Positions 19,944 through 29,852 of a stretch of 54,333 bases of DNA are shown here, piece by piece; the stretch's first letter is position 1; each line of letters opens with the position of its first letter. The notes under the pieces were generated by a model. That model saw nothing but the letters and a program-made list of their open reading frames with translations. It searched no databases and had not been told where the DNA came from. The DNA comes from a virus. Its lineage: Duplodnaviria; Caudoviricetes. The position numbers and the translations under genes are program-made. The stretch covers positions 1 to 54,333 of the IMG/VR virus record IMGVR_UViG_3300038416_000116; one strand, given 5' to 3'.

Positions 19944-20279
19944 GTGATTAATAAATTTCGAGATATTGTAGTTCATCGTATTACCCAATCTGACTATATA
20001 GCCCCTCTTTGCTGCGTCCTCAATAAAATGGACGTCTATCCTGAAGGATTTATTTGTGGGGAACATCTAGGGGAAATGTACGAGACGTTCGAAAATCAAG
20101 AATCATACTTCAAACATTGGGATCTTACAACATGGTTAAGCGATCCTTTTAATAAATTAGGTGAACCATGTCCGACCTCTGCTGCGTCCTCAATCCCTCC
20201 AATAAATGCTTCTCCTGTAAGCAGCCCGTCTGCGACTTCCATTACTGGGCAGAAGAAGGACACTTCCTCTGGGAAATAA
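19944..20279 (+). CDS. LCC-family protein
   Basis: PLCCVLNK...CGEH. Confidence 0.5.
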   Translation: MINKFRDIVVHRITQSDYIAPLCCVLNKMDVYPEGFICGEHLGEMYETFENQESYFKHWDLTTWLSDPFNKLGEPCPTSAASSIPPINASPVSSPSATSITGQKKDTSSGK

Positions 20280-20362
20280 CCTGGAGTGCTACCAAACTGA
20301 AGTGTCTCAAAACAAACGAAAGCTGTTACACTACAGTTAACTCGTATTTACTATACGAATAA
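20168..20362 (+). CDS. LCC-family microprotein
   Basis: DLCCVLNP...CFSC...CDFH. Confidence 0.65.
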   Translation: MSDLCCVLNPSNKCFSCKQPVCDFHYWAEEGHFLWEITWSATKLKCLKTNESCYTTVNSYLLYE

Positions 20363-20405
20363 CCTGATTAGCTGTATAAATTAATATCATTGTAAGGAGT
20401 ATATA

Positions 20406-22175
20406 ATGTTCGTCCCCGAAAATTTTTCTCTCGAAATTTTTAAGAAGCGTTACGCGTTCACTGAAGAAGAGACATGGGTAGAAGCTTGTAGCAGAGTCGC
20501 CCGTCAAATGAGTTTGGCGGAAGTACCTGAAAAACAAAAAGCTTACTATGATAAATTTTTAGAAGTGCTACAAGCTAACTTGTTTGTACCGGGGGGAAGA
20601 ATTTGGTATAACTCGGGGAGAAATAGCCCTCAACTTCTTAATTGTTTTGTGCTAGATCCTAACAAAGATTCTAAAGAAGGGTGGGGTAAGTCAGCCTACA
20701 ACATGATAGTAACTTCTATGACCGGAGGAGGTTGTGGAGATGACTTTTCAGATATTCGTCCTAAAGGGGCGGCTATTGAAGGACAAAAGGGCGTAGCCCC
20801 TGGTTCTGTAGAGCTTATGAGACTCATTGACGGATGTGCTAAGCCCGTTAAAGCAGGGGGTCAACGAAGAGTTGCTTTAATGTTTAGTCTCGATCTTGAT
20901 CACCCTGATGTAGAAGAATTTTTAAATGCTAAATTAGTTAAGGGGGAACTTACTCACGCAAATGTATCTGTTCGTAGTAAGAGGACAAAAGAATTTATTA
21001 AAGCTGTTAAGAATGATGGTGACTGGGATCTTAGTTGGAAAGGTAAATATAAAAAGACTGTAAAGGCTAAAGAAATTTGGCAAACTATTGTACGTAATGC
21101 TTATAACTCTGCAGAACCAGGCTTCTTAAATTGGGAGTTGGTTGAAAGTGAGAGTAACATTAGCTACATTGAGCCCTTAACTACAACTAACCCTTGTGGA
21201 GAGATTGCTTTATCCGCTTACGATTGTTGCTGCTTAGGACACATAGTTCTCCCTAGATTTGTTTCTAATGGCGAAGTAGACTGGTCAGCTATAGGTAATA
21301 CCATTAGAACGTCCGTAAGATTTTTAGATAATGTTTTAACAGTTAATCATTATCCCTTAAATGAAATGAAAACTAAATCACATAATCTACGACGGATTGG
21401 TTTAGGTACTACAGGATTAGCCGACATGTTAGCTACTCTAGGCTACAAGTACGGCTCTAAAGAAGGGAATCAATTCGTTGATAAACTTTTTAGATTTATT
21501 TCTAAAGCTGCCTACGAAGCGTCTATTATGTTAGCTGTCGAAAAAGGGCCATTTCCTATGTGTATCCCTTCCAAACATGTGGAATCAGGCTTCATGAAAA
21601 GAATGCCTGAGAAAATTAAATCTCTAGTTCTTGAGCAAGGCATTCGTAACTGCGCCATCTTAACACAAGCTCCTACAGGAACAGTTTCTATTCTATCAGG
21701 GAACTGCTCTAGTGGAATTGAACCAATGTTTGCTCCTGCGTACGAAAGACGTTATTGGGATGGAGACTCAAGAAAAATGGAATTAGTTTTTCATCCCTTA
21801 TTCGAACAATTTATGGCTGAAGGTAAAAGCGTAGATCATTTTGTAGGATCTAGAGACATTTCTGTAGAAAATCATATGGAAGTTCAAAAGATTATCCAGA
21901 AGCATGTCGACAACGCTGTATCAAAAACAATCAACATCCCTGAAGATTATCCTATGGAAGATGTTGAAAAGTTGTGGCTGCAATATCTTCCCTTCTTAAA
22001 AGGTACTACATTTTATAGAGAGAATACGAGAGGATATATTGGAGAAGGAGGAGTTGTTGAGGAGCCTCCATTAAAAGCTATTTCATTAAAAGAGGCTAAG
22101 GCAAGATTTGCAGAGAAGCATTCTACTGAAAATAAAACTGTAAATGATTGCCCTAAAGGCGTTTGTGAAATTTAA
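20406..22175 (+). CDS. nrdJ: Adenosylcobalamin-dependent (class II) ribonucleotide reductase
   Basis: PGGRI, LLNCFV, AEPG, TNPCGEI, RRIGLG, APTGTVS, SSGIEP, VSKTIN, C-terminal CPKGVC; no beta subunit nearby. Confidence 0.88.
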   Translation: MFVPENFSLEIFKKRYAFTEEETWVEACSRVARQMSLAEVPEKQKAYYDKFLEVLQANLFVPGGRIWYNSGRNSPQLLNCFVLDPNKDSKEGWGKSAYNMIVTSMTGGGCGDDFSDIRPKGAAIEGQKGVAPGSVELMRLIDGCAKPVKAGGQRRVALMFSLDLDHPDVEEFLNAKLVKGELTHANVSVRSKRTKEFIKAVKNDGDWDLSWKGKYKKTVKAKEIWQTIVRNAYNSAEPGFLNWELVESESNISYIEPLTTTNPCGEIALSAYDCCCLGHIVLPRFVSNGEVDWSAIGNTIRTSVRFLDNVLTVNHYPLNEMKTKSHNLRRIGLGTTGLADMLATLGYKYGSKEGNQFVDKLFRFISKAAYEASIMLAVEKGPFPMCIPSKHVESGFMKRMPEKIKSLVLEQGIRNCAILTQAPTGTVSILSGNCSSGIEPMFAPAYERRYWDGDSRKMELVFHPLFEQFMAEGKSVDHFVGSRDISVENHMEVQKIIQKHVDNAVSKTINIPEDYPMEDVEKLWLQYLPFLKGTTFYRENTRGYIGEGGVVEEPPLKAISLKEAKARFAEKHSTENKTVNDCPKGVCEI

Positions 22176-22359
22176 ATCATTTAAAGTACCCTGTTGCGAC
22201 GCTAAGCCTTTCGCCAAATGTAACGTTTGTAATAAAATTGTTTGTAAACGTTGTATGCGAAAGGAGCACATGAAGATGGAGCACGATCAGCAAATTTGTA
22301 CTGTTAGAAATTTTGTCGCGGGATGGGATCCTGTTATACTTCCAGATGAGCGAGATTAA
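22165..22359 (+). CDS. LCC-like (PCC variant) microprotein
   Basis: VPCCDAKP...CNVC...CKRC. Confidence 0.5.
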   Translation: MKFKSFKVPCCDAKPFAKCNVCNKIVCKRCMRKEHMKMEHDQQICTVRNFVAGWDPVILPDERD

Positions 22360-22576
22360 ACTTTGTTGTCTAATAGATCCCATGAGTTTAGAAACAGGGA
22401 TTATGAAATTATTTGATATCGAAAAATTCGGAAGGCCTACTATTTGTAAAAAATGCTACGACGACTTGATTGACGGAATCCCTGAAGCTATAAGAGGCAC
22501 TAGCACAAAAGGTGTATGGGAAGCGATTATTGAACATGTACATTTTAAAATTAAGCAAGAGCATTTACAAAAATGA
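22346..22576 (+). CDS. LCC-family microprotein
   Basis: KLCCLIDP...CKKC. Confidence 0.6.
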   Translation: MSEIKLCCLIDPMSLETGIMKLFDIEKFGRPTICKKCYDDLIDGIPEAIRGTSTKGVWEAIIEHVHFKIKQEHLQK

Positions 22577-22785
22577 CTGAAACTACTACATTTAATTTGT
22601 GCTGTGCTCTTAACGCAGCTACAGAATGTGTCTTTTGTAGAGCAAGATTTTGTAGCATATGTAGATACGACCCTAATCATTCAATAGAAGCTTTTGTTAC
22701 TCTTCCCTATAAAACTAGGGCTAAGGTTCAGGTAAGATGTAAAAATACAGATAGACTATGTATGCTAGTACCTTTAATGAGATGA
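22573..22785 (+). CDS. LCC-family microprotein
   Basis: NLCCALNA...CVFC...CSIC. Confidence 0.65.
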   Translation: MTETTTFNLCCALNAATECVFCRARFCSICRYDPNHSIEAFVTLPYKTRAKVQVRCKNTDRLCMLVPLMR

Positions 22786-23018
22786 TTAGACTTTGTTGTA
22801 CCTTAGATAGTAGAATTTCTTGTACCTCTTGTAATGAAGTATGGTGCTCCACATGCTGGAAATCGCTAGGAGTATTAGATCATAAGCCCTCTGTAACTAG
22901 GGGACAAGATATGAGTCATACGGACACCTGGCATTGTAATATTTCAAATGAATATGTATGCTTTGATTTTAAATCGCAAGACGAGGTAATATTTAGAGTT
23001 TGTCCCCACAGATCTTAA
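22782..23018 (+). CDS. LCC-family microprotein
   Basis: RLCCTLDS...CTSC...CSTC. Confidence 0.65.
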   Translation: MIRLCCTLDSRISCTSCNEVWCSTCWKSLGVLDHKPSVTRGQDMSHTDTWHCNISNEYVCFDFKSQDEVIFRVCPHRS

Positions 23019-23039
23019 CAATTAATTTGTATTATTTGT

Positions 23040-23288
23040 ATGGCTCGAATTCATCACCCTTCTAGTCTATGCTGTCTTCTAAATCCCCATGGTAGATGTT
23101 CTGCCTGCACGCTCAAACTATGTCAGGACTGCTTTTCAGATCACCTCGAAAAGAACGATTGCGAAGTACAATTAAAATTTAGTAGTAAGCACGACGAGGG
23201 TCCTTATACTTTTCATACCTCTATGAAATGTTCTCTTCTCGGAAAGCCCGCCATCTACGTCGAAGTAGATACTGATTTAAATCTATAA
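23040..23288 (+). CDS. LCC-family microprotein
   Basis: SLCCLLNP...CSAC...CQDC. Confidence 0.65.
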   Translation: MARIHHPSSLCCLLNPHGRCSACTLKLCQDCFSDHLEKNDCEVQLKFSSKHDEGPYTFHTSMKCSLLGKPAIYVEVDTDLNL

Positions 23289-23509
23289 TGGATCCTAAAC
23301 TTTGTTGTATGCTCCATGCATTATTCATGTGTGATGCATGTGGAGAAAAATGGTGTTCAGTCCATTATAAAGAATTTGATGATCTACACCCTGCAATTAT
23401 GTACTATGAAGGAGTAATCTGGTCTGTGGCGTGTAAAAAAACACATATTAGGGTAGAGCTTCAAGAAAATAATGGATTAGCCGGTGAAGGGCACTACGTA
23501 ATTCCATGA
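23288..23509 (+). CDS. LCC-family microprotein
   Basis: KLCCMLHA...CDAC...CSVH. Confidence 0.65.
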   Translation: MDPKLCCMLHALFMCDACGEKWCSVHYKEFDDLHPAIMYYEGVIWSVACKKTHIRVELQENNGLAGEGHYVIP

Positions 23510-23691
23510 GTAATCTATGTTGTGTACTAAATCCTTATAAATGTAATGCATGTAACACTTTCTTAACATTAAATGGGAAAATTCAAGAAGGTTCTCTTTG
23601 CAGTGCACATTATGTACCTGTACAAGGTACTATGTGTGAACAACATTATTACAAATCTTTAAGAAGAGCTTTTCGAAGATCTAAAAAATGA
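23506..23691 (+). CDS. LCC-family microprotein
   Basis: NLCCVLNP..CNAC. Confidence 0.65.
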   Translation: MSNLCCVLNPYKCNACNTFLTLNGKIQEGSLCSAHYVPVQGTMCEQHYYKSLRRAFRRSKK

Positions 23692-23861
23692 ACAATCTCT
23701 GCTGTGTCCTAGATCCATGGTTAATATGTAAAAATTGTGATTGGAGATCTTGTTATAAATGTAGTTATGCAGACGTAAAAGATATGACCACTTCTATGAA
23801 AACACATAAAATCAAATGTGTTAAACCTGAAATAGTAATGAATGTGATGTATAATGGATAA
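23688..23861 (+). CDS. LCC-family microprotein (below ORF-track cutoff)
   Basis: MNNLCCVLDPWLICKNCDWRSCYKC. Confidence 0.65.
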   Translation: MNNLCCVLDPWLICKNCDWRSCYKCSYADVKDMTTSMKTHKIKCVKPEIVMNVMYNG

Positions 23862-24087
23862 TCTTTGTTGCGTCTTAGATAAAGTATACCAATGTACGGC
23901 TTGTGACAGAGTGTTTTGTCAAAAATGTTTTGAGATCTCCGACCATACGTGGAAGTCAGGACCTTCAATAAAAGATTTTAGTTATCTCACTCACAGATGG
24001 TGGAGATGTATTCAAGCTCATACTAACGTAGCACCTAGAACTTCTATTCCTACTAAACCTCTAATACTAGAGCCTATAGATGACTAA
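23854..24087 (+). CDS. LCC-family microprotein
   Basis: NLCCVLDK...CTAC...CQKC. Confidence 0.65.
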   Translation: MDNLCCVLDKVYQCTACDRVFCQKCFEISDHTWKSGPSIKDFSYLTHRWWRCIQAHTNVAPRTSIPTKPLILEPIDD

Positions 24088-24295
24088 ACTTTGCTGTATC
24101 TTAAATAAGGCAATTCATTCTAACTGGAAAGGAGATGAACAATTTTATTGTATTAATTGTGCTACAGATCTTCTTACAGAAGAATACGGCGACGATTTTA
24201 GACGAAAACATAAAAACAGTGAGCTAGGTGATCGACTAAGAAAAGATTTTTCATTCTTTCATCCGGTTCAAGATTGTTCAAAGGCATGTTCATGA
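24080..24295 (+). CDS. LCC-family microprotein
   Basis: KLCCILNK...CINC. Confidence 0.6.
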   Translation: MTKLCCILNKAIHSNWKGDEQFYCINCATDLLTEEYGDDFRRKHKNSELGDRLRKDFSFFHPVQDCSKACS

Positions 24296-24489
24296 TTGAT
24301 TGTAAAGGGACGCTTATCGAAAAATGCGATATAGCAACTTATTCCCTTTGCTGTGTTCTAAATCCCCACTGGATTTGTGACGTATGTGATCACAGAGAAT
24401 GTCTATTGCACGTAGGCCAAAAAAATAATGTTTGGTACACTTACGCAAAAAAATATTATTGTTATAGCTGTTATCAAAATTTACTATGA
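24292..24489 (+). CDS. LCC-family microprotein
   Basis: SLCCVLNP...CDVC...CLLH...CYSC. Confidence 0.6.
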   Translation: MIDCKGTLIEKCDIATYSLCCVLNPHWICDVCDHRECLLHVGQKNNVWYTYAKKYYCYSCYQNLL

Positions 24490-24665
24490 GTGAAACTTCT
24501 GTCGCCATAGCTGAATGTCTACCCTGTTTATTAAAACCTCGAAAGGTTTGTCATCGATGTAAAAAGAAATATTGCCTCTATCATTTTACGACGGACAACG
24601 GATCCATTGTGAGAACAAAAGGTTATAACAATTGGGTTTGTCATAAATGTACACATCCAAAATAA
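24486..24665 (+). CDS. CLxCL-variant microprotein (below cutoff)
   Basis: ECLPCLLKP...CHRC...CLYH...CHKC. Confidence 0.6.
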   Translation: MSETSVAIAECLPCLLKPRKVCHRCKKKYCLYHFTTDNGSIVRTKGYNNWVCHKCTHPK

Positions 24666-24667
24666 TT

Positions 24668-24889
24668 ATGAAATTACTTTGTTGTATGTTAAAAGCTTTC
24701 GCTAAATGTTCTTTTTGTAATGAACAATGGTGTGCATCTCACTGGTTACCAAATCCTCATGATCATCGTGCTGGAGGAGAATTTGAAACAAGTTGGATAT
24801 GTCCTAAGTATAATAAATCTCTTACCTGGAAACTACGAGTCGCAAATCCTGGCATCTTAATTGACGTCAATGACAAAGAAGCCTGCTGA
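24668..24889 (+). CDS. LCC-family microprotein
   Basis: LLCCMLKA...CSFC...CASH. Confidence 0.65.
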   Translation: MKLLCCMLKAFAKCSFCNEQWCASHWLPNPHDHRAGGEFETSWICPKYNKSLTWKLRVANPGILIDVNDKEAC

Positions 24890-25112
24890 AGAAGGTGACG
24901 TAACCAAATTTAAAGAACAACTCAAGAGAGTTGAATTCATACCTAGACCTTCTTTATGTTGTGTTTTAAACTCTTGGCTTAAATGTAAAAACTGTACTTG
25001 GACACTATGTGAGGAGTGTTTGAATTTAGGACGTCCAAAAGATATGTATCATTACGCAGCATATTTGTCACATGAAATTTATGGATGCAAAGAACATTTC
25101 CAACTCGATTAG
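24870..25112 (+). CDS. LCC-family microprotein
   Basis: SLCCVLNS...CKNC...CEEC. Confidence 0.6.
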   Translation: MTKKPAEEGDVTKFKEQLKRVEFIPRPSLCCVLNSWLKCKNCTWTLCEECLNLGRPKDMYHYAAYLSHEIYGCKEHFQLD

Positions 25113-25338
25113 GCCTATAATTGGTACCATGGCGACCGCCGCGGCCTTACCAAAAACGCGCGATTGTCGCCTTTGCTGCTTACTCTCTCCGGAACATAAA
25201 TGTGATACCTGTCTCATGCAAGTTTGTAAAGTATGCTGGAAAGATCCTGATATAAATCCTGGAGTAACTTATTTTGTATTTGAAAAGGAAGGTAAGGTAT
25301 CTTATTGCTCTAACTGCAACCCTAAAAAGAGTTTCTAA
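25072..25338 (+). CDS. LCC-family microprotein
   Basis: RLCCLLSP...CDTC...CKVC...CSNC; start uncertain. Confidence 0.6.
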   Translation: MKFMDAKNISNSIRPIIGTMATAAALPKTRDCRLCCLLSPEHKCDTCLMQVCKVCWKDPDINPGVTYFVFEKEGKVSYCSNCNPKKSF

Positions 25339-25357
25339 AAAAATTTTATAATTTAAA

Positions 25358-25540
25358 ATGAAAGTTAAAAGATTATGTTGTGTTCTCAATCCTGCCAATC
25401 ACTGCAGCCAATGTATGGATCAAGTTTGTAATGAGTGCTACTGGATTATGGGTAAGACCCAAGTGATGTCTAAAATGGATTCTGATGGTGTACATATTTG
25501 GGAACAACGTTACTTATGTGATGACTGCCATGGATCCTAA
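25358..25540 (+). CDS. LCC-family microprotein
   Basis: RLCCVLNP...CSQC...CNEC...CDDC. Confidence 0.65.
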   Translation: MKVKRLCCVLNPANHCSQCMDQVCNECYWIMGKTQVMSKMDSDGVHIWEQRYLCDDCHGS

Positions 25541-25721
25541 AGATTTACTTTCTGACGATCGCAAACTGTGTTGCATCTTGGAACCTTATGATCGATGTGA
25601 CAAGTGCAGTCAAGAATTTTGTGACTCTTGTTTAATATTTGACGGAGGTCATCAATATGACCATCCAATGTTATATTGTCGCAGATGTTTTAAAAAATCA
25701 TATGGAAAATATTTATCATAA
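25530..25721 (+). CDS. LCC-family microprotein
   Basis: KLCCILEP...CDKC...CDSC...CRRC. Confidence 0.65.
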   Translation: MDPKDLLSDDRKLCCILEPYDRCDKCSQEFCDSCLIFDGGHQYDHPMLYCRRCFKKSYGKYLS

Positions 25722-25899
25722 CAATTTGTGTTGTCTAATACAGCCTCAAATTATTTGTGAGGTATGTGATTTTAAAGTATGTCGGGAATGTGACATAGCT
25801 TTTGGATATTGGACAATGAAAACACATAATCCTGTTTGCACTGCAGAGTTCTCTAACTGGGAAGATTCTTCTATGACCATAAGGATGTATTATGAATAG
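25702..25899 (+). CDS. LCC-family microprotein
   Basis: NLCCLIQP...CEVC...CREC. Confidence 0.65.
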   Translation: MENIYHNNLCCLIQPQIICEVCDFKVCRECDIAFGYWTMKTHNPVCTAEFSNWEDSSMTIRMYYE

Positions 25900-25919
25900 G
25901 GGCTTACGAAAACCGCGAT

Positions 25920-26168
25920 ATGAAACCTAAACTGTGCTGTCTTATATCGCCCGAATGGGTATGTGATACATGTAAATTCCAGACATGCAACGTATGCTGG
26001 TCGATCGACTATCCTGATAAGGCCGCAAACACCTATACAACTTATCCAGGTAAAACTTTTTGTAATGAGTGTTATCCTAAAAATATGGTTTTTAAGACCT
26101 CTACATATATAATCGGATCGATGCAAGAGATATATCTTCGCAGCGTACAAGCAACAGCCACAGAATAA
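25920..26168 (+). CDS. LCC-family microprotein
   Basis: KLCCLISP...CDTC...CNVC...CNEC. Confidence 0.65.
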   Translation: MKPKLCCLISPEWVCDTCKFQTCNVCWSIDYPDKAANTYTTYPGKTFCNECYPKNMVFKTSTYIIGSMQEIYLRSVQATATE

Positions 26169-26466
26169 TAGGGTAAAACAGCAGCAACAGCGCCGACATT
26201 CGGCCTTCCTTCCTGAAGTATCCTAAGACTCAGTCTACCTATCTTAGGGAATGTACGATCAATTATAGCTCTATTTGAGCCCATCTATAGGAGTAGTATG
26301 GCCTAATCAAGGGTCATCTTCTGCGTTATATTAGAGATAGATTAGATCTTATACTATAAACTGATCTAGATATACCCCGACAAATTTTTTTAGAAATGAA
26401 TATATTCGTAAAAGTCGGGTACAGCAGTATTTTAAGGCACTTAGTATATTCACGGTACTAGGCCTA

Positions 26467-26560
26467 GGGGTATACCCCGTAGCCCCTGTCCCCCGGGAGG
26501 GGGGGAGGGGGGAGGGGGGAGGGGGAGGGGGAGGGCCGGTCGGGGATACTCCCTCCCGGG
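26467..26560. repeat. GC-rich palindrome plus (G5-7A)n tract inside a 10-bp inverted repeat
   Basis: GGGGTATACCCC; CCCGGGAGGG (26492)...CCCTCCCGGG (26551); G-runs 26495-26535. Confidence 0.85.
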
Positions 26561-26697
26561 TACGTACATAGACGACAAGGAGGTGTCATGCATACATGTC
26601 CTATGGAGATCGTTGCACTCGTGGTAGCGTTGCCTGGAGTAGGAGCTATCGTGCACGTAGCCAAGATGTACTTAGGTAAGTCATAGGAGGAGATAAC

Positions 26698-27030
26698 ATG
26701 TTATCACTTGGAGTTAAACTAACTAAGGATGGAGGACATATCAAGACCAATGGAGAGTTGCATCTTGAGATCATAGCAGGAGAGATCATGGAGTCAGGTA
26801 AGGCTATCACTCACTACCTGAGAGTAGGTAATATCCCTTACGACCATCTCAATAGGTTAAGAGGACATATCATATCAGTAGGGGCAATAAGGGAGTACAG
26901 ACATATGGAGAGCGTCAAGAGAATGAATGGCTCCGTCTATATGCAAGGCTGGAAGACATGGTACACTAGACTACTTAAGTTCCGAATGGATCCTAAGAAC
27001 GATGATAAGGACTTCACGGTACCTCGATGA
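26698..27030 (+). CDS. Hypothetical early protein
   Basis: 110 aa, AGGAGGAG SD. Confidence 0.6.
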   Translation: MLSLGVKLTKDGGHIKTNGELHLEIIAGEIMESGKAITHYLRVGNIPYDHLNRLRGHIISVGAIREYRHMESVKRMNGSVYMQGWKTWYTRLLKFRMDPKNDDKDFTVPR

Positions 27031-27607
27031 AGAAAGGGTTAGCCTTTATATTAGGACTTGTGGTACTGATAGCTGCTGGATGGATCGTGATCTTATCCCA
27101 AGCGGATAAGTTTCTCGAAGCGTTCAACGTGACAAAGTAAAGGAGATCATATGACCATTGGACAACTGCTCGCTGGACAGAAGGGTCTACTGTATAAGGT
27201 TGCTTCAACGAACGAGAAGGCATTGAGAGAGGATAAGCGAATGAAGATAGAAGAGCTTAAGAAACAAAGACAGTTGAGAGAGTCTCAACGTCTTCCTAAG
27301 GCGTGGAGCTCGGACAAGGTGATCTCCTAATGCCTGCTATAGCGGCGGGAGTCATCTTCGTCCTGTGTTGGTTGTACGCTGCTACTAATCAGAACGTACA
27401 CACTCCAAAGGATAAGCCTGCAATTGTTAAGGAGGTCAAATGAATACGGATACTAGCTTCATAGGAGTGTCTTTCGTTCGACTCGAGAGGCTGAAGCTGA
27501 TCGCGGACAAGAAGGATCGGATTGAAGACAGAGCTCGCAAGGTCTATATCTTCAAGCAGAAGGTTCTTAAGTCGTTGAGCGTTAGCTTCACATGGAGATA
27601 AAATAAT

Positions 27608-28264
27608 ATGAACAAAGAACTGATAGAGCATCTGTTGACGTTCGATGTGATCAAAGAGGCTGAGAAGATGACGATGCAGCCATACGGAAAGGATGACACG
27701 ACGCAGAGGCTGGCTGCTCTTAACTTCATTAAGAGAAGTCAGAAGCTAGCAAAAGAGTTGAAGCTTAGTTCAGATACACACAGAGGAATGTCGTATCTAG
27801 ACTTCATCAATGTAGTAGTGTCAGAAGGATTTGTTCCAGTTCTCAACGAATCCTTCCAAGGAAAAGGTTACGAGAGCAAGCCAGTCACGGAGGTGTACTT
27901 AGTCTTCTATCATCAGAGTAAAGGAATACTGTTGACAGCTGAATCGTTCGGAGGATCGATGGTCAATCGAGCCGTGATGTATTACAACTGGGTGCCTAAT
28001 CCTTTAGATAAAGAATGGCATCGAGCAACAGCATCAGGACGACTGCATGGACAAGTGTGGGCAGGATACCATGACGTCAACGAAGCGTTGAGATACAAGT
28101 TAGACTTGTTACAACACAAAGGTTACTTCTGCAAATGGATTCAACAACCGTCGGTGTATCTGTTGAACTATATGGAAGGAAGAACCTTGACTCAGGTAGA
28201 GAGCCTTAACAAAGCTAAGATGCAGAAGCTGCCAGAGCTCGTTCGCAATGCCATACTAGCGTAA
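27608..28264 (+). CDS. Hypothetical protein
   Basis: 218 aa, GGAG SD. Confidence 0.65.
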   Translation: MNKELIEHLLTFDVIKEAEKMTMQPYGKDDTTQRLAALNFIKRSQKLAKELKLSSDTHRGMSYLDFINVVVSEGFVPVLNESFQGKGYESKPVTEVYLVFYHQSKGILLTAESFGGSMVNRAVMYYNWVPNPLDKEWHRATASGRLHGQVWAGYHDVNEALRYKLDLLQHKGYFCKWIQQPSVYLLNYMEGRTLTQVESLNKAKMQKLPELVRNAILA

Positions 28265-28273
28265 GGAGATCAA

Positions 28274-28678
28274 ATGAAGAAGATGATACTGGCTACATTG
28301 TTCATGACAGTAGCGAATACATTGGCTTCATCATTGATGTACAAGCACAAGAAGTTAATTCCGTTAGGAATGGTTCGCGTAACAAAGTATACACACAACG
28401 AAGGAGGTTGGTGGACTAGTAGTGGCTACCGTATGAAAGAGAAGGATGCTATGAGCGTGTGTGCCATCTCACGAGACTGGTGGAGGCGACGTGTCAAACC
28501 TGGTGATGCCATTCAAGTGGATGGAATCATTTGTCGAGCCCTTGATACGATGGCCCTGAAAAATAGAAAGGGGTTCAGACAACGTAAGTGGATAGATATC
28601 TTCAACGGGTCAAAGGTTGAAGAGAGTCTTGACTACGGAATACAAAAGCATCAGGCATACATCGTAAAAGAAATGTAG
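28274..28678 (+). CDS. 3D-domain (MltA-like) peptidoglycan-active protein with signal peptide
   Basis: Hydrophobic N-terminus; VTKY...TSSG...CAIS...PGD.I.VDG...ALDT...IDIF. Confidence 0.65.
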   Translation: MKKMILATLFMTVANTLASSLMYKHKKLIPLGMVRVTKYTHNEGGWWTSSGYRMKEKDAMSVCAISRDWWRRRVKPGDAIQVDGIICRALDTMALKNRKGFRQRKWIDIFNGSKVEESLDYGIQKHQAYIVKEM

Positions 28679-28783
28679 CGTCGTGCTCTTCTATCCTTCA
28701 GCGATCGGTGGAGAGTCCGGCGTTGGAGGATAGGTAAAGCCTGATGATACAATCAGGTAGACGTTAAATAAAAGGAGAACAAA

Positions 28784-29083
28784 ATGAACACTGAGAAGAT
28801 CGAAGCGACTCCGTGCCGTATCGTGGTCCTCAACGTCCTTCGCAATGGACCTTCGACGTGGCGAGACATTCGGATCGCTTACTACGGACCAGTTCGTTCG
28901 CAGAGCAAGAGCAACACTTCGTTCCAGAATCAGTTGGGACGAATGATCGATAAGGGACTCATCAAGAAGGAAGATGGGCATTACGAGATCACTTCGCTCG
29001 GCCGAGAGATGATCGAGAGCTTGACTCCCGAAGCAATCGAAGGAGCGAAGAGCAAAGCGCACACGATGGCGGAGGTGAAATAG
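28784..29083 (+). CDS. Winged-helix DNA-binding protein
   Basis: VLNVLRNGP.TW...QLGRMIDKGLIKK...YEITSLGRE; paralog of 36716..37078. Confidence 0.7.
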   Translation: MNTEKIEATPCRIVVLNVLRNGPSTWRDIRIAYYGPVRSQSKSNTSFQNQLGRMIDKGLIKKEDGHYEITSLGREMIESLTPEAIEGAKSKAHTMAEVK

Positions 29084-29207
29084 ATGAAAATCAAAAACGT
29101 CAGCTGGGTGATCTTCATAACAGGATGCATGACTATCCTTGCGGTAGACATTGTGTCTTGGACGATCGTCGCTGATGAACTGGCTCGTTACTTCTAAAGG
29201 AGATAAC

Positions 29208-29402
29208 ATGAACGACCAACTGTACGCTGCGTACGTTAAGCAAGCTCGTCTGTGTCAGCGTCCGTTGTTGGATCAGGATCACTTCTTCAAAGCAGTGAAG
29301 ATGATCGCTGACATGTGCCAAGAAGATCCTATGAGCACAGGGATCTTAGAAGCGGATGCAATGGAAATGATAGTGATGTTGAATGCAAAGGAGGTAGCAT
29401 AA
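29208..29402 (+). CDS. Hypothetical protein
   Basis: AAGGAG SD. Confidence 0.55.
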   Translation: MNDQLYAAYVKQARLCQRPLLDQDHFFKAVKMIADMCQEDPMSTGILEADAMEMIVMLNAKEVA

Positions 29403-29403
29403 C

Positions 29404-29691
29404 ATGTATCATGAGAGCGAGCAGGAGAAGAAAGTAGGTGAGAAGATGAAAAAGATAATGCATGTGCGAAGCTTGGTGAAGACGATGGTAGCTTCGTATC
29501 CGGATTATCAAATCAGAGCTTGGTGCAAAGCAAGTCAGCCTGAGCTGGCAGGTGACATCTCCATGGATTGGATAAAGCATAAGGAGACGTTAGCTTTGCC
29601 AGATCAAGAACTGGTACTCGAACTCTGGAAAGAGACACTCCAGATGGCTACCAATGAAGTCTCAGTACTCGTCAAGAACTACGGCAAGTAA
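29404..29691 (+). CDS. Hypothetical protein
   Basis: GGAGG SD. Confidence 0.55.
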   Translation: MYHESEQEKKVGEKMKKIMHVRSLVKTMVASYPDYQIRAWCKASQPELAGDISMDWIKHKETLALPDQELVLELWKETLQMATNEVSVLVKNYGK

Positions 29692-29852
29692 AGGAGAAAT
29701 GAAATGATCATCCGTCATTACGATGACGACATGACTGGCGATGACGTTGTGTTCGAAGAGAAGCGGAAGAAGATGAATCAGTTCAAAGAGAAGAGGCATA
29801 CGCAAGCTATCTCTTTGAACAAGCTGCCTATCCAAAATGATCAGGAGGCCAA

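Noticed and set aside
20406-22175. Intein or intron in RNR (also checked terminase)
   Set aside because: Both ORFs are compact and continuous with no splicing motifs
22346-26168. LCC motif as a DNA repeat or integron attC array
   Set aside because: Variation is synonymous, genes overlap with no intergenic palindromes, and no integrase is seen
26450-26664. Pro-rich minus-strand ORFs
   Set aside because: Produced by translating the G-tract; no supporting signals
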